From NCBI GenBank assembly GCA_964360585.1, contig CAYHXC010000002.1:5641-69640 (forward strand): DNA of 64,000 bases, written 5' to 3'. Every line of letters starts with the position of its first letter. Position 1 is the stretch's first letter. The DNA is from an uncultured Candidatus Saccharibacteria bacterium (GTDB lineage Bacteria; Patescibacteriota; Minisyncoccia; UBA6257; 2-01-FULL-56-20). A program made the translations under genes and the position numbers. The notes below the pieces were generated by a model. It searched no databases. It was not told where the DNA came from and was given only the letters and a program-made list of their open reading frames with translations. This document shows, one piece after another, positions 27,251 through 37,218 of the stretch.

Positions 27251-28720
27251 ATCAATCCTAAACAACTCACACTCGAGACATTTCACGACGGCCTCGTAAA
27301 AAAAGAGTTCTCCGCTCTTGAGGTAACTCAGCACTTTCTTTCCAGGATTAAAGATGCCGATAAAAAAATCGGCGCTTATTTAAGCCTGAACGAAGAAACG
27401 GCCATTCGTGACGCTGAGGCAGTCGATCTTAAGATCGCCAAAGAGGAATCGATCTCACCGCTTGCCGGCGCCCCACTCGCCATCAAGGACAATATTTTAA
27501 TCGAAGGACTGCCCTCCACCTCAGCCTCAAAAATTTTAGAACATTACACCGCCGCCTACGATGCTACGGTCATTAAAAAATTAAAAAATCAACAAGCTGT
27601 CTTTTTGGGAAAAACAAACTTGGATGAGTTTGCCATGGGCGCTTCAACCGAAAACTCGGCGTTGCAGTTAGCGCGCAACCCGCACGATCCCGAGCGCGTG
27701 CCCGGCGGATCATCGGGCGGTTCAGCCGCGGCGGTCGCCGGCGATATGGCTTTGGCGGCACTGGGATCAGATACGGGCGGATCAATTCGTGAGCCATCAG
27801 CATTTTGTGGCGTTGTTGGGTTAAAACCAACATACGGCGCGGTATCGCGCTATGGTTTAACAGCGATGGCTTCGAGTTTGGATCAGATCGGTCCGATTAC
27901 TAAAACGGTTCATGATGCGGCACTGCTTTTTTCAGAAATCTACGGACACGATGGCTACGACGCCACGAGCGCACCAATAACCTATAAAACAAAAGAGTTG
28001 CTCCAACCGAAATATGAAACAGTCACAAAATTAAAAATCGGTTTGCCCAAAGAATACTTTACTGACGGCGGCGTTGATCCAATTGTGCAAACTGCTTTAG
28101 AAAAATCTATCTTCGCCCTGAAGTCGATGAAGATCGAGTTCAAAGAAATTTCCTTACCGCACAGTCAGTACGCACCAGCCTGTTACTACATCATCGTTCC
28201 CGCCGAAGTCAGTTCGAACACTGCCCGCTTCGATGGCATTCGTTACGCTCGGTTAAAACAGGGCTTGAAAGAATCGGAATCATTGAGCGATCTGTACCGC
28301 AAACAGCGCGGTCTCGGTTTTGGCCCAGAAGTAAAACGCCGCATCATCCTCGGCACCTTCGTACTCTCCTCCGGTTACTACGATGCGTACTACGCCAAAG
28401 CCCAAAAAGTGCGGACACTCATCAAACAGGATTTTGATACTGCTTTTCAGGATGTCGATGTCATCTTCACTCCAGTCTATCCTTCCTTGCCATTCAAGAT
28501 TGGCGAAAAAGTTGCCGATCCTCTCGCGATGTATTTAGCCGACATCTTTACGATTCCGGTAAACCTGGCTGGTCTACCCGCCATCTCCATTCCTATTGAA
28601 AAACCGGGTACGCAGTATGATCCGCAGAATCTCCCTACTGGCTTCCAATTGATCGGGAAACCCTTTCATGAAGGGGATATCCTCGGCATAGGCCAGTATT
28701 ATGAGAAGCTAAATTCATAA
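27248..28720 (+). CDS. gatA: Asp-tRNA(Asn)/Glu-tRNA(Gln) amidotransferase subunit A (amidase)
   Basis: Carries the amidase signature GGSSGGSAAAVA. Confidence 0.95.
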   Translation: MINPKQLTLETFHDGLVKKEFSALEVTQHFLSRIKDADKKIGAYLSLNEETAIRDAEAVDLKIAKEESISPLAGAPLAIKDNILIEGLPSTSASKILEHYTAAYDATVIKKLKNQQAVFLGKTNLDEFAMGASTENSALQLARNPHDPERVPGGSSGGSAAAVAGDMALAALGSDTGGSIREPSAFCGVVGLKPTYGAVSRYGLTAMASSLDQIGPITKTVHDAALLFSEIYGHDGYDATSAPITYKTKELLQPKYETVTKLKIGLPKEYFTDGGVDPIVQTALEKSIFALKSMKIEFKEISLPHSQYAPACYYIIVPAEVSSNTARFDGIRYARLKQGLKESESLSDLYRKQRGLGFGPEVKRRIILGTFVLSSGYYDAYYAKAQKVRTLIKQDFDTAFQDVDVIFTPVYPSLPFKIGEKVADPLAMYLADIFTIPVNLAGLPAISIPIEKPGTQYDPQNLPTGFQLIGKPFHEGDILGIGQYYEKLNS

Positions 28721-28734
28721 ATACGCTTCTGAAA

Positions 28735-28808
28735 ATCCCGACGCAAGGTCGGGATCCCGACTTCATTATCTTTAAGGATTTAATTGGTACGTCGGGAGTT
28801 ATCCACAC
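28735..28808. repeat. hairpin repeat element (atcccgacg-N4-gtcgggat + ccgacttc..attat .. acgtcgggag), homologous to 2472..2535
   Basis: About 70 bp align with 2472-2535. A related tail, tttacgtcgggagtaat, is at 8196-8212. Confidence 0.55.
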
Positions 28809-29021
28809 CCACTAGTTGACAGTACCCCTAGACTCGTTAAAATAATATCAGATCTTGAGAAACATCATTCATACGCCGCTGCAGAAGCTACGCACTCTGA
28901 TACTCTGATTAAGTTTGGCTGGCTTACCAGCCAGTCCCCTCATATTTTCCCCGGAGCTCCACGCTATCGGGGATCTTTGTTTTTATACTTCTTTAACTCT
29001 AAAATCAGAAACTTGGATACC

Positions 29022-29498
29022 CTAGACAAACTTCTTTCTCAAGGCGTAGAAAACAATACCGGTCCAGATAGAGACAAGTCCGAAGAGGATGATCATACCT
29101 GAAAAAGCGTAGGTTAGGATTCCGAGATTCAGAGCGGTCATCAAAGTTGTAGCTGTTACCCAGATATCGCGCGCTGTGTTCGCGGTCATCACCGGCTTAC
29201 CAGAAGCGTCGAGAACTGGCTGTCCATTTGCATCAAGTTTGGCTATTTGACGTGGCATCTCCGCGAACGTCTTTCCGCCAGTAGAGGTTAAGGTGTGCTG
29301 GCGAATGATATCGGCTTGAGCTTTGAGCGTGAATGGTCCGCGTACCTTCTCCCCTGGAATCGAGGCGTCATCGGGCGTCGTAATATTTTCCTGGACTATG
29401 TTCTGATAAGTAAACACAATACCCCAAGCACCACCGAGAACGAGCACCACCCCAGCCACGACCGCCAAAACCGATGAGGTTAGTAATAGTTTTTTCAT
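29022..29498 (-). CDS. hypothetical membrane protein (N- and C-terminal TM helices)
   Basis: 158-aa ORF. Confidence 0.45.
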   Translation of the reverse strand: MKKLLLTSSVLAVVAGVVLVLGGAWGIVFTYQNIVQENITTPDDASIPGEKVRGPFTLKAQADIIRQHTLTSTGGKTFAEMPRQIAKLDANGQPVLDASGKPVMTANTARDIWVTATTLMTALNLGILTYAFSGMIILFGLVSIWTGIVFYALRKKFV

Positions 29499-29557
29499 AA
29501 CGTTATTATACCACTTTTCGCTGAGGTATATGAACCGAATGGACCAGGGCTATGCGA

Positions 29558-29815
29558 TTACTTATTAGTAAACCTTTCTTCGTAAGCTAGGCGCAAATTG
29601 TTATTCTCGTTCAGACGAAATGATAAGACGACTTCTGACTTATCTTTCTTTTTAAAGACAATCTTAGAGTTTCCTTCGAGGCTAGCTTTTTTACTCACAT
29701 ATTTCACAATGCCATCCTCCTTGTCGCGCACAAGCCGCTTCGCCTCCTCCTCCAGCTTCTGATTAAGCTCAGGGAGGGAAATAGGAGTTTTGAGAAGTTG
29801 TTTGATGGGTGCCAT
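29558..29815 (-). CDS. hypothetical small protein
   Basis: 85-aa ORF, Lys/Glu-rich. Confidence 0.35.
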   Translation of the reverse strand: MAPIKQLLKTPISLPELNQKLEEEAKRLVRDKEDGIVKYVSKKASLEGNSKIVFKKKDKSEVVLSFRLNENNNLRLAYEERFTNK

Positions 29816-29940
29816 CGGATTTACGGTATAGGATTAAAGGGATTTAACCATACCACTTTATCCGAGCAATAGCACGTTCTGGAAATTAGCCCCCTTCCAG
29901 CCTTCAATTATGGATTTGAAACCCGGGGTTCTTCCAAAAC

Positions 29941-31731
29941 CTATTCGTGGAGACCAATTTGGTATTCGTAAAGGTGGCGGTAGACTCCCTGATCGCGCTT
30001 GATTAACTCTTCGTGGGTGCCTCGTTCCACCACTTTTCCTTTTTCAAAAACCAGAATGACATCAGCCTTACGAACCGTGGAGAGACGGTGGGCGATAATA
30101 AAAGTAGTTCTCCCTTTCATCAGTTTTTCCAAAGCACCAGTCACTATCTTTTCCGTCTTAGCATCCAAAGCACTCGTTGGTTCATCGAGAATCAAAATGG
30201 CCGGATTCCGTAAAATCGCTCGCGCAATCGCTACCCGTTGTTTCTGGCCCACCGACAACTTGATCCCCCGCTCACCAACTAACGATTCGTATTTATCAGG
30301 AAGCGCCTGCACGAACTCATCAATGTGCGCTTCTCGCGCCGCGGTATACACCTCTTCATCACTAGCCCCAAAAGAGCCGTAGCGAATATTATTCTTGATC
30401 GTGTCGTTAAAAAGGGCCACTTCTTGCGGGACAACAGCAATTTGTTTTCTCAAATTGATTAAGTTCAAGCGCCGCGTATCTACTCCGTCGACAAGCACCG
30501 CACCCTCGTTCGGAAAAGCATAGCCGGATATGAGTGAGATAGCCGTGCTCTTTCCAACACCAGACTCGCCAACCATCGCCACAATCTCACCAGCCTTCAC
30601 TTCAAAATTGATACCATCGAGGACGATCGGCTGATTCTTGCCATAACGAAATACCACCCGATCGAAACCAACTGAACCAGAAAAGGTTCTTGGATCGGTA
30701 ACATTTTCAGGAATATAGGCCTCTGGTTTTTGAGAAAATACTTCGTTTACGTGCGCCGCTGAGCTAATGCCATTCTGAATCGTTTGCCAACTATGGCCCA
30801 AAGAAACAAATGGTCCGAAAAACATAGCCGCATAGCCATTCAAGGCCAGGAGTTCTCCAATTGTGATATCGCCATTTGAAACTAATTGCACGGACATCAC
30901 AAAAATAGTTAACTGCGTGGCGAAAACAATCAGTCGCTGGAAAAAACTAACGTTACTCCAAATAGTTCCGAGCTTACGCCACAGGTCGCGAGTAGTTCCC
31001 AGAAGGGCTTCTTTGGTTTTTTCTGACTCGTACTCCTCAGCCGTAGCCTGCTTCACACTTTCTATCTGCATCACCGCCGCGGCGGCATCGTCCCAACTCT
31101 GATTCCAGGTGCGATGGGCAGCTGAGTCGAGCGCCGCAATAGGGAGCAGAATTCTAGCTAGCAATAGCACATATAAGAGAACACCGATAATTAAAATACC
31201 GGCCAAAGAAAGATTGATACTGGCCGCTAAGATAATGCCGATTAGAAGACTTAAAAACTGTGGCGCCACATCAATGATTGTTCGCAAAATGGATGCCACC
31301 CGCCATCCAGCCATACTGATTTTCTGAAGCTCCCCGTTGATATGTTTGTCCTTGTGATACGAGAGGGGCAAGTGAAACAGGTGAACAAAACCGTTGGTCT
31401 GAATATTGAAATGGATTTTATCGTCTATTACACGTGAAAGTCGGTCGGAGATCCAATCAATGTTGTTCGCCACCAACTGCACACCAGCCCAAATAAGCAG
31501 CAAAAATCCCCACAGTGGCAAGCCTCCAACACCTTCCGTAACGCGGTGCTCGGAAAGATCGATCAGAGCATCAAAAAATCGCCCCGTGACATAGGGGACC
31601 GAACCGTTGGCCACCGCCGAAATCAAACCCAGAGCAGTTAAGATGGAAAGCTCCATCTTAAACGGCCGAACAAAACCCCAGATGGTCCGGAGGCCTGTTT
31701 TAATTTCTTCTGTATCTTTCTTCTTAGACAT
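29941..31731 (-). CDS. ABC exporter, fused permease/ATP-binding (MsbA/MdlB-like)
   Basis: Six-TM N-terminal domain, then Walker A GESGVGKST, signature LSVGQKQRVAIARA and Walker B ILILDE. Confidence 0.9.
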   Translation of the reverse strand: MSKKKDTEEIKTGLRTIWGFVRPFKMELSILTALGLISAVANGSVPYVTGRFFDALIDLSEHRVTEGVGGLPLWGFLLLIWAGVQLVANNIDWISDRLSRVIDDKIHFNIQTNGFVHLFHLPLSYHKDKHINGELQKISMAGWRVASILRTIIDVAPQFLSLLIGIILAASINLSLAGILIIGVLLYVLLLARILLPIAALDSAAHRTWNQSWDDAAAAVMQIESVKQATAEEYESEKTKEALLGTTRDLWRKLGTIWSNVSFFQRLIVFATQLTIFVMSVQLVSNGDITIGELLALNGYAAMFFGPFVSLGHSWQTIQNGISSAAHVNEVFSQKPEAYIPENVTDPRTFSGSVGFDRVVFRYGKNQPIVLDGINFEVKAGEIVAMVGESGVGKSTAISLISGYAFPNEGAVLVDGVDTRRLNLINLRKQIAVVPQEVALFNDTIKNNIRYGSFGASDEEVYTAAREAHIDEFVQALPDKYESLVGERGIKLSVGQKQRVAIARAILRNPAILILDEPTSALDAKTEKIVTGALEKLMKGRTTFIIAHRLSTVRKADVILVFEKGKVVERGTHEELIKRDQGVYRHLYEYQIGLHE

Positions 31732-31849
31732 TTCCTAAGTCAAACACAAAATAAAAAGAATACAAAGAATGTATATATCTGATTTGTCGTTGACTCTCGA
31801 AACTCAATCGTGGTAAAAAACGATTAGTATTCAAGCTTGCGGAGTAACA

Positions 31850-32128
31850 ATGCCAAATCAATGCGAAGTCTGCGGACATGACAAGAGAAAACTCGTCGCC
31901 TTTTTTCTCAGCACCGTCTGCAATCGATGCGCCAAAACACTGAAAAAAGTAGGTCGTGGAGAGATGAGTTGTTCTCCTCAAATCCTGAAATTCTATATCG
32001 GCCTTCAAGCAATCCTTATTCGAAAAGACTCGTGTCCTCCACTAGAGATAATCGAGCAACTCTCGGTGAGACAACTGAACTCTCTTGCTCAATGGTTAGT
32101 GAAGGTTAGTCGTTCAAGCCTTACTTAA
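31850..32128 (+). CDS. small CxxC...CxxC zinc-ribbon protein
   Basis: Sequence MPNQCEVCGH...CNRCAK. A GGAG lies 8 nt upstream. A terminator hairpin follows. Confidence 0.5.
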   Translation: MPNQCEVCGHDKRKLVAFFLSTVCNRCAKTLKKVGRGEMSCSPQILKFYIGLQAILIRKDSCPPLEIIEQLSVRQLNSLAQWLVKVSRSSLT

Positions 32129-32157
32129 TTCTCATCTCACGGTGAGAATTTTTATTT
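32120..32157 (+). terminator. rho-independent terminator
   Basis: Stem tctcac/gtgaga followed by attttta. Confidence 0.5.
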
Positions 32158-33270
32158 GTTATTTTTCGGCGCCTCCATGAGGGCATCAATATTATTAAAA
32201 CAAAAATATAATGATGAAAGCGCGGCTAATAGAAAAACGAATTCAAATCGCCCAATCGATATCAATACAAGTGTCGCTACGAAAAGAATAATCCGCCCAA
32301 AAATAGTGGGTATCTCTCGAAGGACAAGGAACTGGGCGTCATGGTGTCTGGCCTGGTTAAACATGATTACTCCATAGGCAGAAACGAACACGCCGAGTAC
32401 TAGACCACGAATCGCAGTCACCAAATATAATGTGGCGGGCGTAGGCGCGTAAACTGCCACAAAGTAGGATATTCCCCACATGATGGTAGCCAGGACGGCA
32501 CCGATCCGCACAACCGTCTTTTTATTCCACGTATCGATCATACTGCCCGTAATATACGTCACTCCCATACCAATAATTCCCGTTATGATTCCTAACGCAC
32601 CAATATCAAGAACCGTCAGCCCAGTTATAAAAATGAATAGCGTCCAAATGACCTGGGTATCTTGCCCAAGATTATCGAGAATCTCCGGTACAATAAACCG
32701 CTTATTTTCTTTCACGATTTTTTTGACCACTGCCCTATCAAAATGGAAATTGGTCTTTTCGTCTCTCAACGGCAATGTGGGGAAGATCGAGACAAGTATA
32801 AAGAAAAGAGCGGTAGCAAAAAGCACTCCATAACCAAAAGTGACAATAAGAATCGCGGCAATGCCCGGTACTATAATCCCCACTCCTGATCCTATATTTG
32901 ACATAAGAGCCAGCGATGAACCCATCGTCGCGTCCTCTGTCTTCCGGACAGTCAGAATATTGTAAGGGATCCAGAAGAACGCCGCTTCCATACCGCTGAT
33001 TACTGCAAGCGTATACAGAAACGATGGCTGGCTAGGAAGAAGAAAAAGGCCTCCGAAAAGAAATGAGACGAGAAAAACACGGATGTACCAGCACCGTACC
33101 AACCCAATGCTATTGGAAATAAAAACAACCAGAAATGCCCCAACGAGAAGAGAAGAGTGATGAATCAGTAACCAAAGAATAACCGCGGGGAATGCGTAAC
33201 CCAGCTCCAACAAATAGATTGGTATGAATACACCAACCAGACCCATGCCAATACCGGCCAGGGTATTCAT
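32152..33270 (-). CDS. MFS-like polytopic transporter
   Basis: 372-aa ORF with about 11-12 TM helices. Confidence 0.55.
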   Translation of the reverse strand: MNTLAGIGMGLVGVFIPIYLLELGYAFPAVILWLLIHHSSLLVGAFLVVFISNSIGLVRCWYIRVFLVSFLFGGLFLLPSQPSFLYTLAVISGMEAAFFWIPYNILTVRKTEDATMGSSLALMSNIGSGVGIIVPGIAAILIVTFGYGVLFATALFFILVSIFPTLPLRDEKTNFHFDRAVVKKIVKENKRFIVPEILDNLGQDTQVIWTLFIFITGLTVLDIGALGIITGIIGMGVTYITGSMIDTWNKKTVVRIGAVLATIMWGISYFVAVYAPTPATLYLVTAIRGLVLGVFVSAYGVIMFNQARHHDAQFLVLREIPTIFGRIILFVATLVLISIGRFEFVFLLAALSSLYFCFNNIDALMEAPKNNK

Positions 33271-33363
33271 AACGATAATTCACTGAAAGTCAGTTAATCG
33301 CATGATGTTTATGAATTATACCTTGAAAATAAAAAATCGCCGTTCGTTTCCTACTAGGCGATG

Positions 33364-33807
33364 CTACTTCACATCATCAATCGGATCGAGCCCAACCATT
33401 CTCAGAAAGCCAGCTCTCTCCGGAGGAACGTTGAAGCGCCATACAGCTCGGTGAATGTATTCGGACATATTCCGAGTCATCATCACCAAATAGTTGGCAG
33501 CTATCAGACGCCTTTCCTCTACGACCGGTGTGAACTGCTCGATTACTGGAATGATTGATTCACTGAAAAATCTACACGCAGTCGAGTAGTAAACATCAGG
33601 TCCGCTATCGGGATGTTCAACCTGGAGTCGTAGATCATGAACGTACTCAATAGCTCTGGTGATTAGTCCAGCATAGAAACAGTTCCGGTTAGCCTGCTCG
33701 TCACTGATATCGTGGTCTCCGATACACTCCACCGTCAATCGATCCAATTTCCCCAGAATCTCTCGTCGTTGATACTCACGATGTGTGATTTTCTCATAGT
33801 CTTCCAT
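33364..33807 (-). CDS. hypothetical protein
   Basis: 147-aa ORF. Confidence 0.45.
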   Translation of the reverse strand: MEDYEKITHREYQRREILGKLDRLTVECIGDHDISDEQANRNCFYAGLITRAIEYVHDLRLQVEHPDSGPDVYYSTACRFFSESIIPVIEQFTPVVEERRLIAANYLVMMTRNMSEYIHRAVWRFNVPPERAGFLRMVGLDPIDDVK

Positions 33808-34028
33808 TATGACAGCTCCTCTGTTAGCTACCTAGTGTATACCACCACTGGCTACTTCCTTCAATAGTCCGCCAAGAAAAATATGGCGGGCAAGAAAGCT
33901 TCGGCGGGACATAGTGAAGGACGTTAGAATCTTCTTGTCGTGGTTTGCAACCGCTTCTTTTCCGATCCAATTTAGTGATGACATAACGTTTCAGTTTTTT
34001 TACTATCTTGTGCAAAAAGTGAAACGGG

Positions 34029-34343
34029 TCATTTTTTATTCTCATCCAAAAAGCGCTGGATAATTTCAGCAACCTTATCTTTTCTGCCGGTTATCAAAAC
34101 TGGTAGCGCGGCGAGCACGGATGCATTTTTTGTAGGCAATAGCTGAACATCTCCTTCGGCATATTCTGCAAGGTTCGTGAGAAATTCATCAAACCACGAT
34201 GGCGCAACCGCCAAAACATCATCGAAACCTATTTGTATCGACTCCTGCTTATTAAGCGTCGGACGAATCCCATTAAACGCTTCGAGGCCTGCCGGTCGCG
34301 AAACCAAGACATTTCCGAATTTTTTGAGGTGAATTGTTTGCAT
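34029..34343 (-). CDS. STAS-like small protein (SpoIIAA/DUF4325-like anti-sigma-antagonist fold candidate)
   Basis: 104-aa ORF encoded directly downstream of the GHKL ATPase gene. Composition and length fit a STAS-like partner. The call is by inference. Confidence 0.45.
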   Translation of the reverse strand: MQTIHLKKFGNVLVSRPAGLEAFNGIRPTLNKQESIQIGFDDVLAVAPSWFDEFLTNLAEYAEGDVQLLPTKNASVLAALPVLITGRKDKVAEIIQRFLDENKK

Positions 34344-34353
34344 GTTTTTTAAT

Positions 34354-35110
34354 TTAGAATTTTATTACCGCGTACGCGCCGCGTATATTCTCGGACGCTG
34401 CCGTAATTGTTATTGAACCTTGTTCTTTCGGACTTTTTCCGCCGAAGGCGGATCCGCCTCTGGCGGACACTTTCGCGACTCCGGAACGGAACAGGAAACC
34501 AATCGGGTTTAACTCTACGATGCGGCGCACCACTTTTAATCCGTTCCCTCGTTTCTCCGGTTCTCTTCCGGATACAATTTCCGTAAATGCGACGCGGAGC
34601 GCTTCAACATCCGTTTCAATATTGGGACGTACGCGAGATAGTGTTTTTCGAACACCCTGTCCCCGGTCAGCCAGCACAATGAAGCGTTTACCGATATCAT
34701 ATGCAAAAAATATTCCCGGTACGTCAGGCCAGTTGCCAATGTTGTGCATGAAAGAATTATCTCCAATCTCGCCCGCAACGGTCGTAAGAAGAGAAGCTGC
34801 TTCCTCGCTCACCGATTTTGTTTGAGAAAGAAGCAATCCCATTTTTTCCAAACGACTCGAAAACCGTGCCTGCTGTTCGCAATAATATTCGGCTGGAATT
34901 TCCGGCGGTTGCGCGCTTGAAGCCCACGCCCATCCCAGTTTTTCAAGATCAAGCGCAAGACGTTGAATATCTTGTAGGAGATAATAACGCTGGCCTCCCT
35001 CACTTCGCTGCGACAAAAGTTTCCCCGTTTTTTCCCAATTACGGAGGGTCTGAACGCTCATGCCCAGTATTTCGGCTGCCTTGCCTATGCGAATTTTTTC
35101 ATCCTTCATG
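34354..35110 (-). CDS. MerR-type HTH fused to GHKL (histidine-kinase-like) ATPase domain
   Basis: N-terminal region KAAEILGMSVQTLRNWEKTGKL is a MerR/excisionase-type HTH. The C-terminal region has an N-box (GEIGDNSFMHNIGN), G1 (LADRGQG) and G2 (GNGLKVV). The real start is ATG at 35110; the ORF track's TTG extension covers the operator. Confidence 0.65.
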
Positions 35111-35129
35111 TTTATAAGGTTAGCGCATG

Positions 35130-35162
35130 AACCTATAAAAGTCAAGTTATTTTTATAGGTTT
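35130..35162. promoter_or_regulatory. palindromic operator aacctataaaa-N10-ttttataggtt upstream of the MerR-GHKL gene
   Basis: 11-bp perfect inverted repeat lying 20-50 nt upstream of the start codon. Confidence 0.5.
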
Positions 35163-35455
35163 AGAGCTAAAATCTATAAGTAAAACCTTCTATGCCCGCA
35201 AAGCTTTCCTTCTTCCCAAAACAATTGAAGTAAAACGCGAAATACTGCGCGGGTTAGCTAAGAACTCGCTCTAAAAAGACCAAGAGTTCAATGTTACTGC
35301 GTACGAATGGTTCGTCCCGATTGGAAACGGCTATCCGGCGCTCGAAGCAAAATACTTGAGCTTAAAACCGGCGAAAGTGCCGATGAATCCAATACAAAAT
35401 TAACCTTTGATGGCCATTCGTACGGAATGGCGCGGGGTCGTAGAGGACATTAGAA

Positions 35456-36034
35456 CTATATTTTACGCGCAATTATTTCCACCCGCCAAATAAGCTTTTC
35501 TTTATCAGGGCCGTCAATGTTTGTATCCGTACCTTTCAGCTCTTCGTACCTAAGTAAGTCCCATCCGGTATAACGTTTCCTCAGCTCGTCACTGTTCAAA
35601 AGATACGGCCTAAGATCAAGCTGGCTTTTATCGATGTACGCGCAAACAACATTCACGCCACCGACTTTAGTCATTTCCTGCATTCTCTGTATTGCCTCTA
35701 GAACCTCGTCACGATTTGCAAGGAAATGAAGGACCATAAGAGAAAGTATGAGATCGTACTGTTCGTCTTCTGAATCAAAATCTCTCAAGTCACACTTCTC
35801 TACACGCATCGACAAGCCAAGCTGAGATACCTTGTGCCTGAGGACTGTCAGTTGCTCGTTGGCCGTATCAATGGCCGTGACTACAAATCCTTTATCCGCC
35901 AGAAAAAGTGAATGCCGCCCAAAACCCGATCCTATATCCAAAACAGAACCGCTGGAAACATGTTTCAACGCCTCAATCACGATCTGCCGCGGAGCATATA
36001 TTTCAACAGATCCCAGTTTTATCTTTTCAACCAT
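35456..36034 (-). CDS. class I SAM-dependent methyltransferase
   Basis: Carries motif I VLDIGSGFGRHSLFLADKG. Confidence 0.85.
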   Translation of the reverse strand: MVEKIKLGSVEIYAPRQIVIEALKHVSSGSVLDIGSGFGRHSLFLADKGFVVTAIDTANEQLTVLRHKVSQLGLSMRVEKCDLRDFDSEDEQYDLILSLMVLHFLANRDEVLEAIQRMQEMTKVGGVNVVCAYIDKSQLDLRPYLLNSDELRKRYTGWDLLRYEELKGTDTNIDGPDKEKLIWRVEIIARKI

Positions 36035-36061
36035 AGGTAAAAATCGGAGTTCTTATATAAC

Positions 36062-36991
36062 CTATATTAAATCCAGCGCACTGATTAGCTTTCTATAGGT
36101 TGCCACGGAAGCTTCAGCATTCACGCAGTCTTGGCCTCCCTTGCGATAATCCTCAATAATATCAGGAAGCCCGCTCAAAAAAGCAGTACTCACAAGACGC
36201 TTGCGAGAAAGCTTATTCCCAGAACCTTCTTCGTAGGTTGAAACAATGTACTGGAAGTGTTCAGGAAAATCTCTAATATACCGAGAAAACTCTTTGGCTA
36301 CTTCCCCATATTCAGCCTCACCAAAATCTATAATCCCAGCAATTCTCCTATCTTTTATGAGAATATTCTCATGGTGTGAATCATTGTGGATAAATTGAAA
36401 AACCGTGTCACCGGTTGTGGTATCAAAAATCAACTTGGCTTGTTTTGCCAAATCTTTAAACTCTTCAGGCACATCGGCGCTCGCAAAAACTTTCTCATAC
36501 TCTTCTGCAACTTCAGGGTGAAGTCCCGCTGAGTCATTTATTTTAATCCCAGTAGCCTCTGCCATTCCCTTGGTAAACTTCTTGCCAATCTCGGCATGAA
36601 AATAACCAAGCGCGGTGCAGATCTGTATCCGCTCGTCTTCTGAGAGTGCACCCCATAAGTCCATCAGCATCTCTCCTTCAATATATTCATACCCGTACAT
36701 CTTCGGATGCTCTGAAACAAAAACAACATGAGGTGTAGGAACGGATAGGCCTAATGAATACAACTGCTGCGCCACCTTGGCTTCCGCCTGTAGATCATTC
36801 TGCGGGTGAAATGCTTTATCACTCCTCGCTTCTTTGACAATATATTTGGCACCATCAGAAGTCCGAACTAAATATGCGTTATTACAATACCCCTTTCCCT
36901 GTAACGAAAACTCAGTAATCTCTTTTCCTAATAACTTCCCGATCTTAAGTTTAAGGTCACTTTCTTTAGAAGTATCTGAACTGTGTTCCAT
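36062..36991 (-). CDS. aminoglycoside/choline-kinase-like phosphotransferase (APH family)
   Basis: Carries FIHNDSHHENILI ... IIDFGEAEYG (the HxDxxxxN catalytic loop and DFG motif). Confidence 0.75.
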   Translation of the reverse strand: MEHSSDTSKESDLKLKIGKLLGKEITEFSLQGKGYCNNAYLVRTSDGAKYIVKEARSDKAFHPQNDLQAEAKVAQQLYSLGLSVPTPHVVFVSEHPKMYGYEYIEGEMLMDLWGALSEDERIQICTALGYFHAEIGKKFTKGMAEATGIKINDSAGLHPEVAEEYEKVFASADVPEEFKDLAKQAKLIFDTTTGDTVFQFIHNDSHHENILIKDRRIAGIIDFGEAEYGEVAKEFSRYIRDFPEHFQYIVSTYEEGSGNKLSRKRLVSTAFLSGLPDIIEDYRKGGQDCVNAEASVATYRKLISALDLI

Positions 36992-37063
36992 GTAAAAAGT
37001 ATATCAGGTTAGAATCAAAACAACCCTATGCAATAAGGCTTGGCTGAATACTAGTTCTAACTG

Positions 37064-37136
37064 CGCGGCCGGCCGGACTCGAACCGGTAACCCCCGCCGT
37101 GACAGGGCGGTGCTCTAACCAAATTGAGCTACGGCC
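37064..37136 (-). tRNA. tRNA-Asp (anticodon GUC)
   Basis: Minus strand reads GCGGCCGTAGCTCAATTTGGTTAGAGCACCGCCCTGTCACGGCGGGGGTTACCGGTTCGAGTCCGGCCGGCCGC. Confidence 0.85.
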
Positions 37137-37218
37137 GCAAACTTGGATTCGATACCTAGCTATTGTACGGAAAAGAGTGGAAAAAGCAACGCAACATATT
37201 CTCCCCTCCTATCACTAT

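Noticed and set aside
33824-34072. 82-aa minus-strand ORF overlapping the STAS-like gene
   Set aside because: It overlaps a better-supported ORF and spans a repeat segment, so it is likely spurious.
35111-35145. TTG-initiated N-terminal extension of the MerR-GHKL ORF
   Set aside because: It would translate the palindromic operator. The ATG at 35110 gives a canonical MerR-type HTH N-terminus.
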